This document shows, one piece after another, positions 1-8,022 of a stretch of DNA of 64,000 nt. The notes under the pieces are model-generated. The model was not told the origin of the DNA. It saw only the letters and a program-made list of their open reading frames with translations, and made no database searches. Source of the DNA: a virus; IMG/VR virus record IMGVR_UViG_3300049171_000092, positions 21,279-85,278 of that record, one strand, 5' to 3'. Position 1 is the first letter of the stretch. Each line of letters opens with the position of its first letter. A program made the position numbers and the translations under genes.

Positions 1-66
1 CAGATCGTGTGGAAGGTGCAGGGCCGCGGCACCTACGTGGGTCAGCCGCCAGCCGGCGACTCGTAG
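1..66 (+). CDS. 3' end of an ORF entering from upstream (..QIVWKVQGRGTYVGQPPAGDS*), unknown function
   Basis: Frame 1 is open from the window edge to TAG at 64-66; G/C-rich third codon positions. Confidence 0.3.
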   Translation, partial: QIVWKVQGRGTYVGQPPAGDS

Positions 67-99
67 CCGCTGTCAGACGGCGCGGCTACGCTGATCGCC

Positions 100-279
100 A
101 TGTCCTCTCCTCTCCCGCCTTCGGGCGTCGCGCGGCCTGCCGCGGTGGTGGATGCGGAGATCCGTGCGCTGCTGGTGGCGACGGGCGGCTGGCTGTGGGG
201 GCCGACCCGGGAGCGGTACGAGCGGCTGCGGGACGAGTGGGTGGAGGCCGTGCGCGGGGAGATGGCGACGGCGGCGTAG
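100..279 (+). CDS. hypothetical 59-aa protein (MSSPLPPSGV..GEMATAA)
   Basis: ATG-to-TAG ORF just below the 60-aa track cut-off; high GC3; followed by a strong hairpin. Confidence 0.4.
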   Translation: MSSPLPPSGVARPAAVVDAEIRALLVATGGWLWGPTRERYERLRDEWVEAVRGEMATAA

Positions 280-290
280 GCTGACGTGCG

Positions 291-325
291 AGCGCCCCCG
301 CCTGCTTACCTCAGGCGGGGGCGCT
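291..325. terminator. bidirectional hairpin between convergent genes
   Basis: AGCGCCCCCGCCTG / CAGGCGGGGGCGCT, a 14-bp stem with a 7-nt loop. Confidence 0.6.
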
Positions 326-347
326 TCTGCGTGCGGGGGTCAGGCCC

Positions 348-500
348 TCACTTCTCGCTGTCGCGGTCGGCGGCGGCCTCGTCGATGACCTGTTGCGCTT
401 CGCCCAGGGTCATGGCGTGCTGGTCGCCGGGCTGGGCGATGACGATCTGCGGGCTGGTCTCGTCGGTCCAGTCGACGTCGTAACGACGCTGCTCGGGCAT
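348..500 (-). CDS. hypothetical 50-aa protein ending ..DRDSEK
   Basis: C-terminal part of track ORF 348..800. The ATG at 500 directly follows the conserved junction cassette. High GC3. Confidence 0.5.
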   Translation of the reverse strand: MPEQRRYDVDWTDETSPQIVIAQPGDQHAMTLGEAQQVIDEAAADRDSEK

Positions 501-511
501 GGTTGGTGTCC

Positions 512-682
512 TCACTTCTCGGTGGTGCGGTCGGTGGCTTCGATCTGGTCGGCCTCGGCGCGGAGGGCAGCTGCCTTCTCCAGCCACATCCGCTCGTCGT
601 CGGTGCGCGGGCCGGCGGTGACCGGAGGCACGCGGCTTTCCAGCTCGGCGGCACGGGCGCGGAGATCGGTCGGATTGCTCAT
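512..682 (-). CDS. hypothetical 56-aa protein ending ..DRTTEK
   Basis: C-terminal part of track ORF 512..730; ATG at 682 preceded by the junction cassette. Confidence 0.5.
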   Translation of the reverse strand: MSNPTDLRARAAELESRVPPVTAGPRTDDERMWLEKAAALRAEADQIEATDRTTEK

Positions 683-693
683 GGTGGGTGCCC

Positions 694-873
694 TCACTTC
701 TCGGTGGCGGCCTGGTTGGGGGTGACCCATTCGAGCAGGCTGTGGAGCTTGTCGCTGGGCTGGCTGACCTTGCTGACCCAGATCTGCCCGAGGTCGTCAC
801 GGACGGCTGCCGCCTCCTGGGCAGACATCTTCACGGTCACGGTGCCGTCGCTCTCGATGCTCACGATCTCCAT
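694..873 (-). CDS. hypothetical 59-aa protein ending ..NQAATEK
   Basis: C-terminal part of track ORF 694..951; ATG at 873 preceded by a GAGGAGAG SD. Confidence 0.5.
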   Translation of the reverse strand: MEIVSIESDGTVTVKMSAQEAAAVRDDLGQIWVSKVSQPSDKLHSLLEWVTPNQAATEK

Positions 874-875
874 GC

Positions 876-1058
876 TTAGCTCTCCTCTTCCACGTTCCAC
901 CAGGCGTTGACGTTGTTGGAGACGTGGACGTCGAGCACCTCGTCCGCCCACTGCCTCTGCTCTTCGGGACTCATCCCGTCCCAGTCGTCGGGCAGCGCGA
1001 TGTCGGCCTCATCCTTGGAGCCGCCCATTTCGACGCCAACCTTCAGCACCTTCGCCAT
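876..1058 (-). CDS. hypothetical acidic 60-aa protein (MAKVLKVGVEMGG..)
   Basis: Internal ATG of track ORF 876..1103, preceded by GGGAGGAAAA. Confidence 0.5.
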   Translation of the reverse strand: MAKVLKVGVEMGGSKDEADIALPDDWDGMSPEEQRQWADEVLDVHVSNNVNAWWNVEEES

Positions 1059-1059
1059 T

Positions 1060-1143
1060 TTTCCTCCCTGATCAAAGGTGGTTAACCACCTACATGTTCG
1101 CACTCCGTAGACAGGTGGTCAACCACCCCGGCATGATTGCCCC
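1060..1143. promoter_or_regulatory. divergent promoter/operator region with two GGTGGT-N2-ACCACC palindromes
   Basis: AGGTGGTTAACCACCT (perfect 16-bp palindrome) and AGGTGGTCAACCACC about 35 bp apart, between divergent genes. Confidence 0.55.
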
Positions 1144-1347
1144 ATGGTGAATCAGCACCGGGAGAAGCTGCGCGGAGTACGCGGCGTCGACGACCAGCTC
1201 TGGGCCGACTTTGGAGACGCCTCTGCGCGCGCGGACAGCGACCGGTCAGCCGAGCTTCGTCGCTTCATGGAGTGGTACGTCCGCCGCCACGGAGCCGAAC
1301 ACCCACGTCGCCCAGCCCCGCCTGAGTCGACCGACAACCCGGCGTAG
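1144..1347 (+). CDS. putative ribbon-helix-helix (CopG/Arc-like) DNA-binding protein
   Basis: The N-terminal KLRGVRGVDDQLWADF..DRSAELRRFMEWY pattern is typical of RHH proteins. The gene is adjacent to the palindromic operators. Confidence 0.45.
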   Translation: MVNQHREKLRGVRGVDDQLWADFGDASARADSDRSAELRRFMEWYVRRHGAEHPRRPAPPESTDNPA

Positions 1348-1356
1348 GATCCGCCC

Positions 1357-1560
1357 GTGGCTGACTACGACTTCCCCGACGACCTGCTGGAGCTGGAACG
1401 ATCCGCCTGGGCTGCGATCCAGGATGGCACCCTCACCGTCGACCAAGCCGACGCCGTGCAGGCCGGGATCACCGCCTACGCCGAAGCCGCGCGCCTCGAC
1501 CGGTACAAGGTGGAGATGGCGTTGAAGCGGGCCGTTCGGCACGCGGAGGCGACGGGCTAG
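1357..1560 (+). CDS. hypothetical 67-aa protein
   Basis: Track ORF with high GC3, tightly following the previous gene. Confidence 0.5.
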   Translation: MADYDFPDDLLELERSAWAAIQDGTLTVDQADAVQAGITAYAEAARLDRYKVEMALKRAVRHAEATG

Positions 1561-1940
1561 AGGTCGCGCCAGCTCTCCGGATAGTGCGGGCGCTCACGTC
1601 GGATCTCCCGCCACGCCTCGTCCAGCTCGGCAGTCCGCCGCTCCTCGGCAGCCCGCACCTTCACCCGCTCGCGCGCCAGAACATCCCGCTCCTCGGCAGT
1701 CAGCGGCGCGGCACGATGCTTGTACAGGTAGGCGCCGTCGTCCGCGATCCGCGGTCGACCGTTCTCCCGCAACGGCTCGTACTCAGCTGCCCGCGTCGGC
1801 GTAGGCTCCAACGAGCTGGCGAACAGTTCACTGATTGGCGGCGCGAGCGGGATCAGGTAGAGCGGCGGGGGCACGGCATCGGGGATCGCGTAGGTGCGGC
1901 CATCGGCGGGACCGCCCAAGAACCTGATCTCAATACTCAC
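1557..1940 (-). CDS. hypothetical 127-aa protein
   Basis: Track ORF; 4-nt overlap with the upstream gene. Confidence 0.55.
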   Translation of the reverse strand: MSIEIRFLGGPADGRTYAIPDAVPPPLYLIPLAPPISELFASSLEPTPTRAAEYEPLRENGRPRIADDGAYLYKHRAAPLTAEERDVLARERVKVRAAEERRTAELDEAWREIRRERPHYPESWRDL

Positions 1941-2200
1941 GGCCGCCTCCCAAAGGCACGTTCGACCTCACCGCCGATGTCGATCAAGCCTCGACGCACC
2001 GCCTCCGCGACGGCGTCAGCATCCGTGCTGGCACCCAACGCCACACGCACATTGCCCATGATCTGCCCTACCCGACTACCGGTTACGCCAAGGACGGCGC
2101 CGATCTCGCGGTACGTCCAGCCGTAAGCGCGCCGCTGGAGGATCTCCTCCGATCGCAGCCCGAGACGCACCTCTGGCTCCTCTGCATGTGTCGCGTCCAT
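1937..2200 (-). CDS. LuxR / sigma-70 region-4-type HTH protein
   Basis: SEEILQRRAYGWTYREIGAVLGVTGSRVGQIMGNVRVAL helix-turn-helix. The ORF extends to 2251 but its first 17 codons look non-coding. Confidence 0.5.
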   Translation of the reverse strand: MDATHAEEPEVRLGLRSEEILQRRAYGWTYREIGAVLGVTGSRVGQIMGNVRVALGASTDADAVAEAVRRGLIDIGGEVERAFGRRP

Positions 2201-2398
2201 GAGCCTCCTCTCAGCGGCCCAAGACTGATGCGCGCTGGCCCGAGGGGGCAACCATCCCGCACTTCCGCGGCTCCCTTATAGCCCGACACCTGACAGCAGA
2301 GCGCCCCGCCTGCGTGACCAGACGGGGCGGCCTCAGCACTGCGCCAGCATGGGCTGATAGTGGAACCAGCCTACGACCCGCCGCCGACAACGCCGAGG

Positions 2399-2755
2399 TT
2401 AGACGTACCGGCCGGGACCCCACTCCTGCGACGACCCCGGGCACGGTCCGCCAGCCCACTGCGAGTGCGGATGACGGCAGCGGGTGCAGCGCTGCACTCC
2501 GTCGTCCCCGTACCGGAAGTCGTGCTCATCATCACGCGTCGACAGGCGGTACTCGCCGACGGGATACGGAGTGATCTCCCCGGTTACGCCGTCCATGTGA
2601 AAGTTCGGACGCCACCCCTTCGCGTTCTCCCGAAGCCTCGCGAACGCCTCGCCCATCGGGCGCAGGCACTCCAGCTCCACGACAGGCGGGTCCTGGTAGT
2701 GGCGGCCGGCTTGCCGCAGTGCGCGGTCGACATTCGGGTACGGGCGGTAGCTCAC
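2399..2755 (-). CDS. hypothetical 118-aa protein
   Basis: Track ORF; overlaps the upstream gene by 4 nt. Confidence 0.5.
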   Translation of the reverse strand: MSYRPYPNVDRALRQAGRHYQDPPVVELECLRPMGEAFARLRENAKGWRPNFHMDGVTGEITPYPVGEYRLSTRDDEHDFRYGDDGVQRCTRCRHPHSQWAGGPCPGSSQEWGPGRYV

Positions 2756-2943
2756 AACTGCCCCCCGTAGAGGATGTCCAGTTCGTCGTCGAGCGCCGTC
2801 AGCTCCGGATGGTCGCCGAACAGAATCACGTCCTGGATCTGGTGGACGGCTGCAACGAACTGCCCCTGGATCGCCTGGATACCCCTGAGTCGCTCCGTCA
2901 TCTCCGCCGCCAGCCTTCCCAGGTCCGACTGTTCAGCCGCCAT
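2752..2943 (-). CDS. hypothetical 63-aa protein
   Basis: Track ORF with a GGAGGAGG SD-like sequence upstream. Confidence 0.45.
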   Translation of the reverse strand: MAAEQSDLGRLAAEMTERLRGIQAIQGQFVAAVHQIQDVILFGDHPELTALDDELDILYGGQL

Positions 2944-2979
2944 ACCGCCTCCTCCGCTCCCCGCCAGGATGGCAGAGGC

Positions 2980-3174
2980 TCACGTCCGCTCGGGCCACTC
3001 CGTCAACGTCTCGCCCGTCTCCTCGTCGACGAGGGTGACCCGCGCGCCGGGCTTGCCCCACTCCCCCACCCAGGTCTTGAACTTCCCGCGGGCCACCGCT
3101 TCCGACGCCCACCAGCCTTGTGCGACCGGGCGGCCGGCGGAGGTGAGGGTGAGGTGGAAGCGGGCGGGGTGCAT
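2980..3174 (-). CDS. hypothetical 64-aa protein
   Basis: Track ORF with high GC3. Confidence 0.45.
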   Translation of the reverse strand: MHPARFHLTLTSAGRPVAQGWWASEAVARGKFKTWVGEWGKPGARVTLVDEETGETLTEWPERT

Positions 3175-3394
3175 ACGGTCACCCTACGGGCAGCCGCATG
3201 GCCTCCCGTGGGGAGGAGCCGGGAGGTGCGGCGGGCCCTGCCGCATCGGCGACGCACGGCAGGGCCCGAGAGGGGAGTCATCACCTGGGGGGAGGTGCGT
3301 GATCCCGTGCGCACCACCATGCACCATGATTCAGCCACGCAACAGGGGTCGGCTGGAAATCTTCGCTGTCAGTGCCACCAGGCATGATGCCCGC

Positions 3395-3568
3395 ATGCAG
3401 AACTTCGCCTTGCTCTGGACCGCCCCCGACGGCCGGCCGCGCGCATCCGCCGTCGCCTACGACAAACCCTCCGCTGACGAACGCCGCGCCGAGCTTGAGG
3501 ACGCCGGCTGTACCGACATAGAGGTCGTGCCCGTCAAGCCCGGCCAGCTCCCCGAACCGCGGGCCTGA
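3395..3568 (+). CDS. hypothetical 57-aa protein (MQNFALLWTAPDG..)
   Basis: Internal ATG of track ORF 2774..3568; followed by a hairpin. Confidence 0.4.
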   Translation: MQNFALLWTAPDGRPRASAVAYDKPSADERRAELEDAGCTDIEVVPVKPGQLPEPRA

Positions 3569-3576
3569 ACACGCGC

Positions 3577-3604
3577 GAGCGCCCGGCCGTCTGGCCGGGC
3601 GCTC
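3577..3604. terminator. hairpin terminator
   Basis: GAGCGCCCGGCC gtct GGCCGGGCGCTC, a 12-bp perfect stem. Confidence 0.55.
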
Positions 3605-3793
3605 GGGGTTCGGCGATCGCGTCCTCGAACCATCGCCACTGAGCACCGCGCACGGCGCATCAGGAGGGGCAGCGGCCGTCACCGCCAGGTGTCGCGACAG
3701 GATGCCGCGGAACATGCCGCCCACCCCAGAATGCCAGAGGCCCGCCTCGACGGGGGGCGAGACGGGCCGAAGCCAGTGTGGCACGGGGTACCG

Positions 3794-4123
3794 CTATCGG
3801 CGCCGCCATCCTGGCTTTCCACCCATAGGGATGCTGCCCGTCGTCCAGATGCGGGAGCCCTTGCTCAGCTCCCGCCGCTCGGCGAGGAACTCCTGGTACT
3901 CCTCTCGCGCGTACTCCTGCACCTCCTCCAGCGTGGCGGCGTAACCGGCCCACACCTTGCCGGTCCCCATCACGCTCCAGATGGTGAACTCCCAGGACGG
4001 CACCTCGCCGTCGGCAACCTCCCTTTCGCTGAGCTCTTCCGGATGGATCTCGCCGATCCGGTCGTCGCCGTCGAAGAGGTCGAAGCGCTCCGGATCGTCG
4101 GTGGAGCGGATCTCCAGGGTCAT
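3794..4123 (-). CDS. hypothetical acidic 109-aa protein
   Basis: Track ORF; ATGA overlap with the recombinase stop codon. Confidence 0.55.
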   Translation of the reverse strand: MTLEIRSTDDPERFDLFDGDDRIGEIHPEELSEREVADGEVPSWEFTIWSVMGTGKVWAGYAATLEEVQEYAREEYQEFLAERRELSKGSRIWTTGSIPMGGKPGWRRR

Positions 4124-4689
4124 GCACGCTCCAGGTACCGGTAGATGGTGGTGCGGGCGACGCCGAGCTCGTTGGCGATGTCCTGCACGGTGTGCTTGCG
4201 CTTGCCGTCCTCGCCGAGCTCGTCGTACATCTCCTGCGCGAGCTTCACCTGCCGCGGCTTGAGTGCCTGCTTCCTGCCGCCGACTCGGCCGCGCGCCCGG
4301 GCGGCGGCCAGGCCGTCGTGGGTACGTTCGACCATCATCGAGTGCTCAAACTCGGCGATGGCGCCGAGGATTGTGAAGAACATGACCCCGGCCGGCGTCG
4401 AGGTGTCGATGCCCTGATCCAGGACGACGAGCGTGATGCCGTTGCCGCGGAGGCGTTCGGACAGCTCGAGCAGGTTCTTCGTGGAGCGGCCGAGCCGGTC
4501 CAGCTTGGTGATGACGAACTCGTCGCCTTCGCGCGCGGCGATGAGCGCCTTGTCGAGTTCGGGCCGGGAGGCGAGCTTTCCGGATGCCTTGTCGACGTAG
4601 ATCTGGTCGCAGTTCGCCTTGCGGAGGGCATCCTCCTGGGCTTCGGGGTTCTGGTCTCGGGTCGAGACGCGTCCGTATCCAATCCTCAC
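4120..4689 (-). CDS. small serine recombinase (resolvase/invertase family) with C-terminal HTH
   Basis: (M)RIGYGRVSTRDQ catalytic-serine motif, ..ITKLDRLGRS.., and a C-terminal IANELGVARTTIYRYL HTH. The track ORF extends to a TTG at 4707; I preferred the GTG at 4689 because it gives the canonical N-terminus. Confidence 0.85.
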   Translation of the reverse strand: MRIGYGRVSTRDQNPEAQEDALRKANCDQIYVDKASGKLASRPELDKALIAAREGDEFVITKLDRLGRSTKNLLELSERLRGNGITLVVLDQGIDTSTPAGVMFFTILGAIAEFEHSMMVERTHDGLAAARARGRVGGRKQALKPRQVKLAQEMYDELGEDGKRKHTVQDIANELGVARTTIYRYLERA

Positions 4690-4698
4690 AGACGGAGC

Positions 4699-4774
4699 GT
4701 AGCGCAAACGGGGGTTAGCGCAACATAGTTAAGGACACGAGTTTGCGTCACTTCCGGCCTGCGGTAACGCAGTT
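4699..4774. repeat. four copies of T(A/G)(A/G)CGCA(A/G) at the recombinase 5' end; candidate res/crossover or operator site
   Basis: GTAGCGCAAAC, GTTAGCGCAAC, GTTTGCGTCAC (inverted) and GGTAACGCAGTT lie within 75 bp of locally low-GC DNA. Confidence 0.4.
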
Positions 4775-4838
4775 GAGGCGGAAGTGTCGCCATACGATCG
4801 TTTGTGGACACGACGCCAGCCCGTGCCACACTCCCGCC

Positions 4839-5012
4839 ATGAAGACATGCGCCACCTGCCGCCGGGCCTACGACGAGTCAGACAAGGACGCCGCCGAGGA
4901 GCACACCGAACCTCTCTACTGCTCACGGACGTCGAAACGCTGCAACCGCTGCGATGGCAAGCCGAGCTGCTACACCTGCGGCGACTCGTTCTGCCTTTGC
5001 CACGGCCACTGA
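4839..5012 (+). CDS. hypothetical Cys-rich 57-aa protein (MKTCATCRRAY.., 11 Cys)
   Basis: Internal ATG of track ORF 4743..5012; followed by a hairpin. Confidence 0.4.
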   Translation: MKTCATCRRAYDESDKDAAEEHTEPLYCSRTSKRCNRCDGKPSCYTCGDSFCLCHGH

Positions 5013-5027
5013 CTCCCAACATGGCAA

Positions 5028-5058
5028 GGGGCCCCACTCCTCGATGGGAGCGGGGCCC
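5028..5058. terminator. hairpin terminator
   Basis: GGGGCCCCACTCC tcgat GGGAGCGGGGCCC. Confidence 0.5.
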
Positions 5059-5117
5059 GCGATATGGCATGTTATCGAGAGGCAGACAGCCCAACTGGCC
5101 TATCTGCAAACGACGAA

Positions 5118-5155
5118 GCGCCCCACTCCCCTGCCGAAGCAGGAGAGCGGGGCGC
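5118..5155. terminator. hairpin ending the minus-strand late operon
   Basis: GCGCCCCACTCCCCTGC cgaa GCAGGAGAGCGGGGCGC, a 17-bp stem with 2 mismatches. On the minus strand it is followed by TTCGTCGTTTG. Confidence 0.6.
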
Positions 5156-5161
5156 TGTCGT

Positions 5162-5317
5162 TCACGCGGGTTCGTCGTCGGGCGGCCAGTCCGGCTCGAG
5201 GAACGGGTTCGTGGCCGGCGCGGGGACGGGCGGCGGTTCTTCCTGCCCGAGCTGCACCAGCGACCTGACGTCGGCGGCCGTGTCGTTCCTGCGTGGCCGG
5301 AGGGGGATCGGATCCAT
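5162..5317 (-). CDS. hypothetical 51-aa Pro-rich protein (MDPIPLRPRRND..), last gene of the late operon
   Basis: ATG-to-TGA ORF below the track cut-off, 3 nt after the upstream stop; high GC3. Confidence 0.4.
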   Translation of the reverse strand: MDPIPLRPRRNDTAADVRSLVQLGQEEPPPVPAPATNPFLEPDWPPDDEPA

Positions 5318-5320
5318 GGG

Positions 5321-5647
5321 TCACACTCCAGTTCGGTTGCGGCTTTCCCGCTGGGCCTGCAGCAGGATGCGGATGCGCTGCGCGATCAGCGCACTGATCA
5401 CCAGCGCCAGTGCCGTCCGAACCCCCCGCAGGATGAAGGCGATACAGCCGTCCGGCCACAGCGTGACGAGGACGGTGTACAGGAACAGCAGCCCGATCGC
5501 GGCCGGCAGCCCCATGAGGTTGCGGCCGGTCTGGGACCTCCACCACGTCGTCTTCACGTGGTAGATGACGACGAATGCGGCGCAGACCAGCGTGGCCAGT
5601 GCCGACGCGATCAGGTTGACCCACATGTCGACGCCCATCTCTTTCAC
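5321..5647 (-). CDS. membrane protein (3-4 TM), lysis-cassette associated
   Basis: Hydrophobic segments LIASALATLVCAAFVVIY, LMGLPAAIGLLFLYTVLVTLW and ALALVISALIA. Confidence 0.6.
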   Translation of the reverse strand: MKEMGVDMWVNLIASALATLVCAAFVVIYHVKTTWWRSQTGRNLMGLPAAIGLLFLYTVLVTLWPDGCIAFILRGVRTALALVISALIAQRIRILLQAQRESRNRTGV

Positions 5648-5856
5648 TACGGTGCTCCTCTGAACGCGGCCTCGATCCGCTCCCTGAAATGGTTCTCCTC
5701 GCGGGCGTGCCGGAGCTTCGCGGCCACAGCGGAGACCAAGGGCTGCCGAGCCTCGGCCTGCTGGCGTGCCTCCCGTGCCCGCTCCAGGGCGGCTTCGGCG
5801 TCGCTTGGCTCGGTGCGGTCACATCCGAGGACGAGGCGCCTGACCCATCCGATCAC
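5647..5856 (-). CDS. hypothetical 69-aa protein
   Basis: Track ORF; overlaps the upstream ORF by 38 nt, so the true start may be internal. Confidence 0.35.
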   Translation of the reverse strand: MIGWVRRLVLGCDRTEPSDAEAALERAREARQQAEARQPLVSAVAAKLRHAREENHFRERIEAAFRGAP

Positions 5857-6139
5857 CGGCGTTCACCTCCTCCTCGTCCGCGTGCCCCGGATGGGGCAGG
5901 GCGGTGAGGATGTGACCGCCGAGCTTGGCCATCTCCAGCAGCTCGCCGGTCTGTTCGTGCTCGACCTTGCGGGCCGCCTCGCTTTCGAGGAACGCCTGCC
6001 GCCAGTTGTCTCTGTCGGCGAGGGCGTCCTCGTGGGTCTTCCGGGGCACGAGGCGGCCGGTGAGGACCAGCAGGACGACGACTACGAGGAGCGTGACGGC
6101 TCCAGCGTCGCCTGGGTTGACGCCGAAGACCTCGCTCAC
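5819..6139 (-). CDS. 106-aa protein with one N-terminal TM helix, lysis-cassette associated
   Basis: AVTLLVVVVLLVLTG helix followed by a charged coiled region; located after the holin gene. Confidence 0.5.
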   Translation of the reverse strand: MSEVFGVNPGDAGAVTLLVVVVLLVLTGRLVPRKTHEDALADRDNWRQAFLESEAARKVEHEQTGELLEMAKLGGHILTALPHPGHADEEEVNAGDRMGQAPRPRM

Positions 6140-6181
6140 TGCGCCCTCCCCTTATGTAAGTGGTGCACCGTCGCGTGTCGC

Positions 6182-6553
6182 TCACGCCGCCTTGACAAGG
6201 CTGGACTGCTCGACGCGCAGGGCGGCGATGGGCGCAGTCACCTGTGGACGCACGATGAACAGAGCGACAAGGCTCTCGATGGCCAGCATCCAGTTGGCCT
6301 GCTGCTCGGCGCTCATGTTGAGGCCGAACGCCAGGTACAGGGCGATCGCGGCGTGCCCGAGGTTGACGAGGGCTGCGAACGCGGCACCGGTCTTCAGGAT
6401 GAACGCCTCGGCGACGGCGACGACGCAGGACAGGAACACCATGATGGCGGCCTGCAGTTCGGCGGACACGTCGAGCCCGTAGGCGGAGCTCAGCTTGAGG
6501 GCGACGGCGATGAACGCGAGGATCGTCACCGGCTCTCTGCCGAAGATCTTCAT
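6182..6553 (-). CDS. putative holin (multi-TM, 123 aa)
   Basis: Four hydrophobic helices; immediately downstream of the endolysin gene. Confidence 0.65.
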   Translation of the reverse strand: MKIFGREPVTILAFIAVALKLSSAYGLDVSAELQAAIMVFLSCVVAVAEAFILKTGAAFAALVNLGHAAIALYLAFGLNMSAEQQANWMLAIESLVALFIVRPQVTAPIAALRVEQSSLVKAA

Positions 6554-6556
6554 GGG

Positions 6557-7654
6557 TCAGGATTCCTTCCAGACGAGCGCCGACAGCACGGCGCTGTCGA
6601 CAGTGATCGGCGTCGCCGACTGGTTCAACAGCCGCACGCGCATCCCCCGGCCGGCGGCGAGCCGCTTCGTCAGGGGCACCACGGCGAAGGTGCCGCCCGC
6701 CGTGCCGACCACTTCGGCGATGGGGTGGTCGGCCTTGTGGTCGTCGCCCTGGTACTCCGACATGCGGACCTGGACGACGCCGCCGACGGGGAGGCCCTCG
6801 AGGCGCAGGCTGACGGTGCCGGTGAAGCGGGCCGGGCCACGGGCCCATACGCTGCCGCCGGTCGCGTGATCCCCCGCGGTGTCGTTCCACTCGGCCGTGA
6901 ACTCGACGCTGTCCCACGCGCCGGGCGCCAGGGTGTACGACTTCGCGATGCCCAGGTTCACGTAATCCGGCATGTCGCTGTCCTCCTGCTCGTCGTCGGT
7001 GGGGTTCCAGCTCGCCGGGTGGGCCAGGCGCTCGGCGACATCGGCGCGGAACTGGCGCATCGAGAACACGAACCGCCCGCGGCTGCCGTAGCGCTCGACC
7101 GGACCCTTCGGGTCGATCTTGCCCTCGACGCTCGTTTCGAGGTGACCGGCCACCGACCGCTGCGACCAGCCGTGGAAGCGGCAGATGGCGGCGTTGAACC
7201 GGACCCAGGTGTCGTACTGCTCGGCCGTGTACGGGTCGACGCCGTCGCCGCGGTTCTCCGTCTCGATGGCGTACAGGGCGTCGTTGCCGTCGACGGTGCC
7301 GGACGCCTTCGACGGCGCCGGAAGGTCCCGCTCGTCCACGAGCGCGTCATACACGTTCTTCGCGACCGGGCCCGCGTGGTTGGCGCGGCCGTCAGCAACG
7401 AGCGTCAGCACGCCCGACTTCGGCAGGTAGGCGTGCGCGAGCGGCGGCGGCAGGTTCGGAACGCCGTCGTAGGCGACCGCCCGCAGGGAGTCGACACCGG
7501 CCGTGTGGTGGTTGAGGACCGCGTTCACTGGCCCGAACGTCTTGCCCGTCGCCGCGTCCCGGCCGCGCGTCGTCCAGCCGGGCAGCTCGACGAACCGCAC
7601 TCCCTCGGCCCGGAGCGCCCCACGCCACTGGTCAGGCGTCATCGGTGCCGCCAT
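6557..7654 (-). CDS. endolysin: N-acetylmuramoyl-L-alanine amidase (amidase_2/PGRP type) with a C-terminal extra domain
   Basis: ..VLNHHTAG.., ..ADGRANHAGP.., ..YAIETENRGDG.. and ..GHLETS..KIDPKGP motifs typical of the zinc amidase_2 fold; position before the holin. Confidence 0.8.
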   Translation of the reverse strand: MAAPMTPDQWRGALRAEGVRFVELPGWTTRGRDAATGKTFGPVNAVLNHHTAGVDSLRAVAYDGVPNLPPPLAHAYLPKSGVLTLVADGRANHAGPVAKNVYDALVDERDLPAPSKASGTVDGNDALYAIETENRGDGVDPYTAEQYDTWVRFNAAICRFHGWSQRSVAGHLETSVEGKIDPKGPVERYGSRGRFVFSMRQFRADVAERLAHPASWNPTDDEQEDSDMPDYVNLGIAKSYTLAPGAWDSVEFTAEWNDTAGDHATGGSVWARGPARFTGTVSLRLEGLPVGGVVQVRMSEYQGDDHKADHPIAEVVGTAGGTFAVVPLTKRLAAGRGMRVRLLNQSATPITVDSAVLSALVWKES

Positions 7655-8022
7655 CAGCTGTCCCCTTCCGTGACCGGCGGCACGTCCGCCGGGAGTTCCT
7701 GCGCGGCGTCTGCCGCCGTGTCGGCGAGCACGCCGCCCGTGTAGCCGGACAGGCGCCGCGCGACCGCCTCCGGCAGCAGCACGGCGAGCGCGAGGTACGC
7801 GACCCGCGCTTCGGCGTCCTGCGCCGCCTGCCGCTCGGCCACGTCCTGGGCGTGCTGCTCCGTGATAGCGGCGAGTGCGGCTTCGTACTCCTCGGCGCTC
7901 ACGCCCACCGCGCCGTCCGGCACGGGCACGTCCACGCCCTCGGACACGGTGACTTCCCGCACGCCGCCGTCCGGGAGCTGGTAGTACGTCGTCGTCTGGT
8001 CCACAGCAACCGCCTTACGCAC
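7654..8022 (-). CDS. 122-aa protein, paralog of 20923..21222 (fibre-cassette partner)
   Basis: Shared pattern YY..G..V.V...VP.P.GAV...EY......SGY with the 99-aa protein. Confidence 0.55.
   Translation of the reverse strand: MRKAVAVDQTTTYYQLPDGGVREVTVSEGVDVPVPDGAVGVSAEEYEAALAAITEQHAQDVAERQAAQDAEARVAYLALAVLLPEAVARRLSGYTGGVLADTAADAAQELPADVPPVTEGDS

Noticed and set aside
5647-6139. Calling the two small genes after the holin a spanin pair or LysB
   Set aside because: There is no lipobox, no esterase motif, and no outer membrane or mycolate layer is implied by this Streptomyces-like context. I left them as lysis-associated unknowns.
4784-7744. 986-aa plus-strand ORF spanning the lysis region, and similar long ORFs such as 14051-15190, 20545-22176, 22393-24390, 24580-26316, 29723-30769, 32793-33554, 35412-37118, 37515-38774, 46881-48323 and 48898-50070
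   Set aside because: They run antisense to, or out of frame with, well-supported genes (endolysin, tape measure, giant proteins, capsid, portal, terminase, FtsK-like). Their translations are Arg/Gly/Pro/Ala-rich with no recognisable motifs, the usual artefact of 70% GC DNA.
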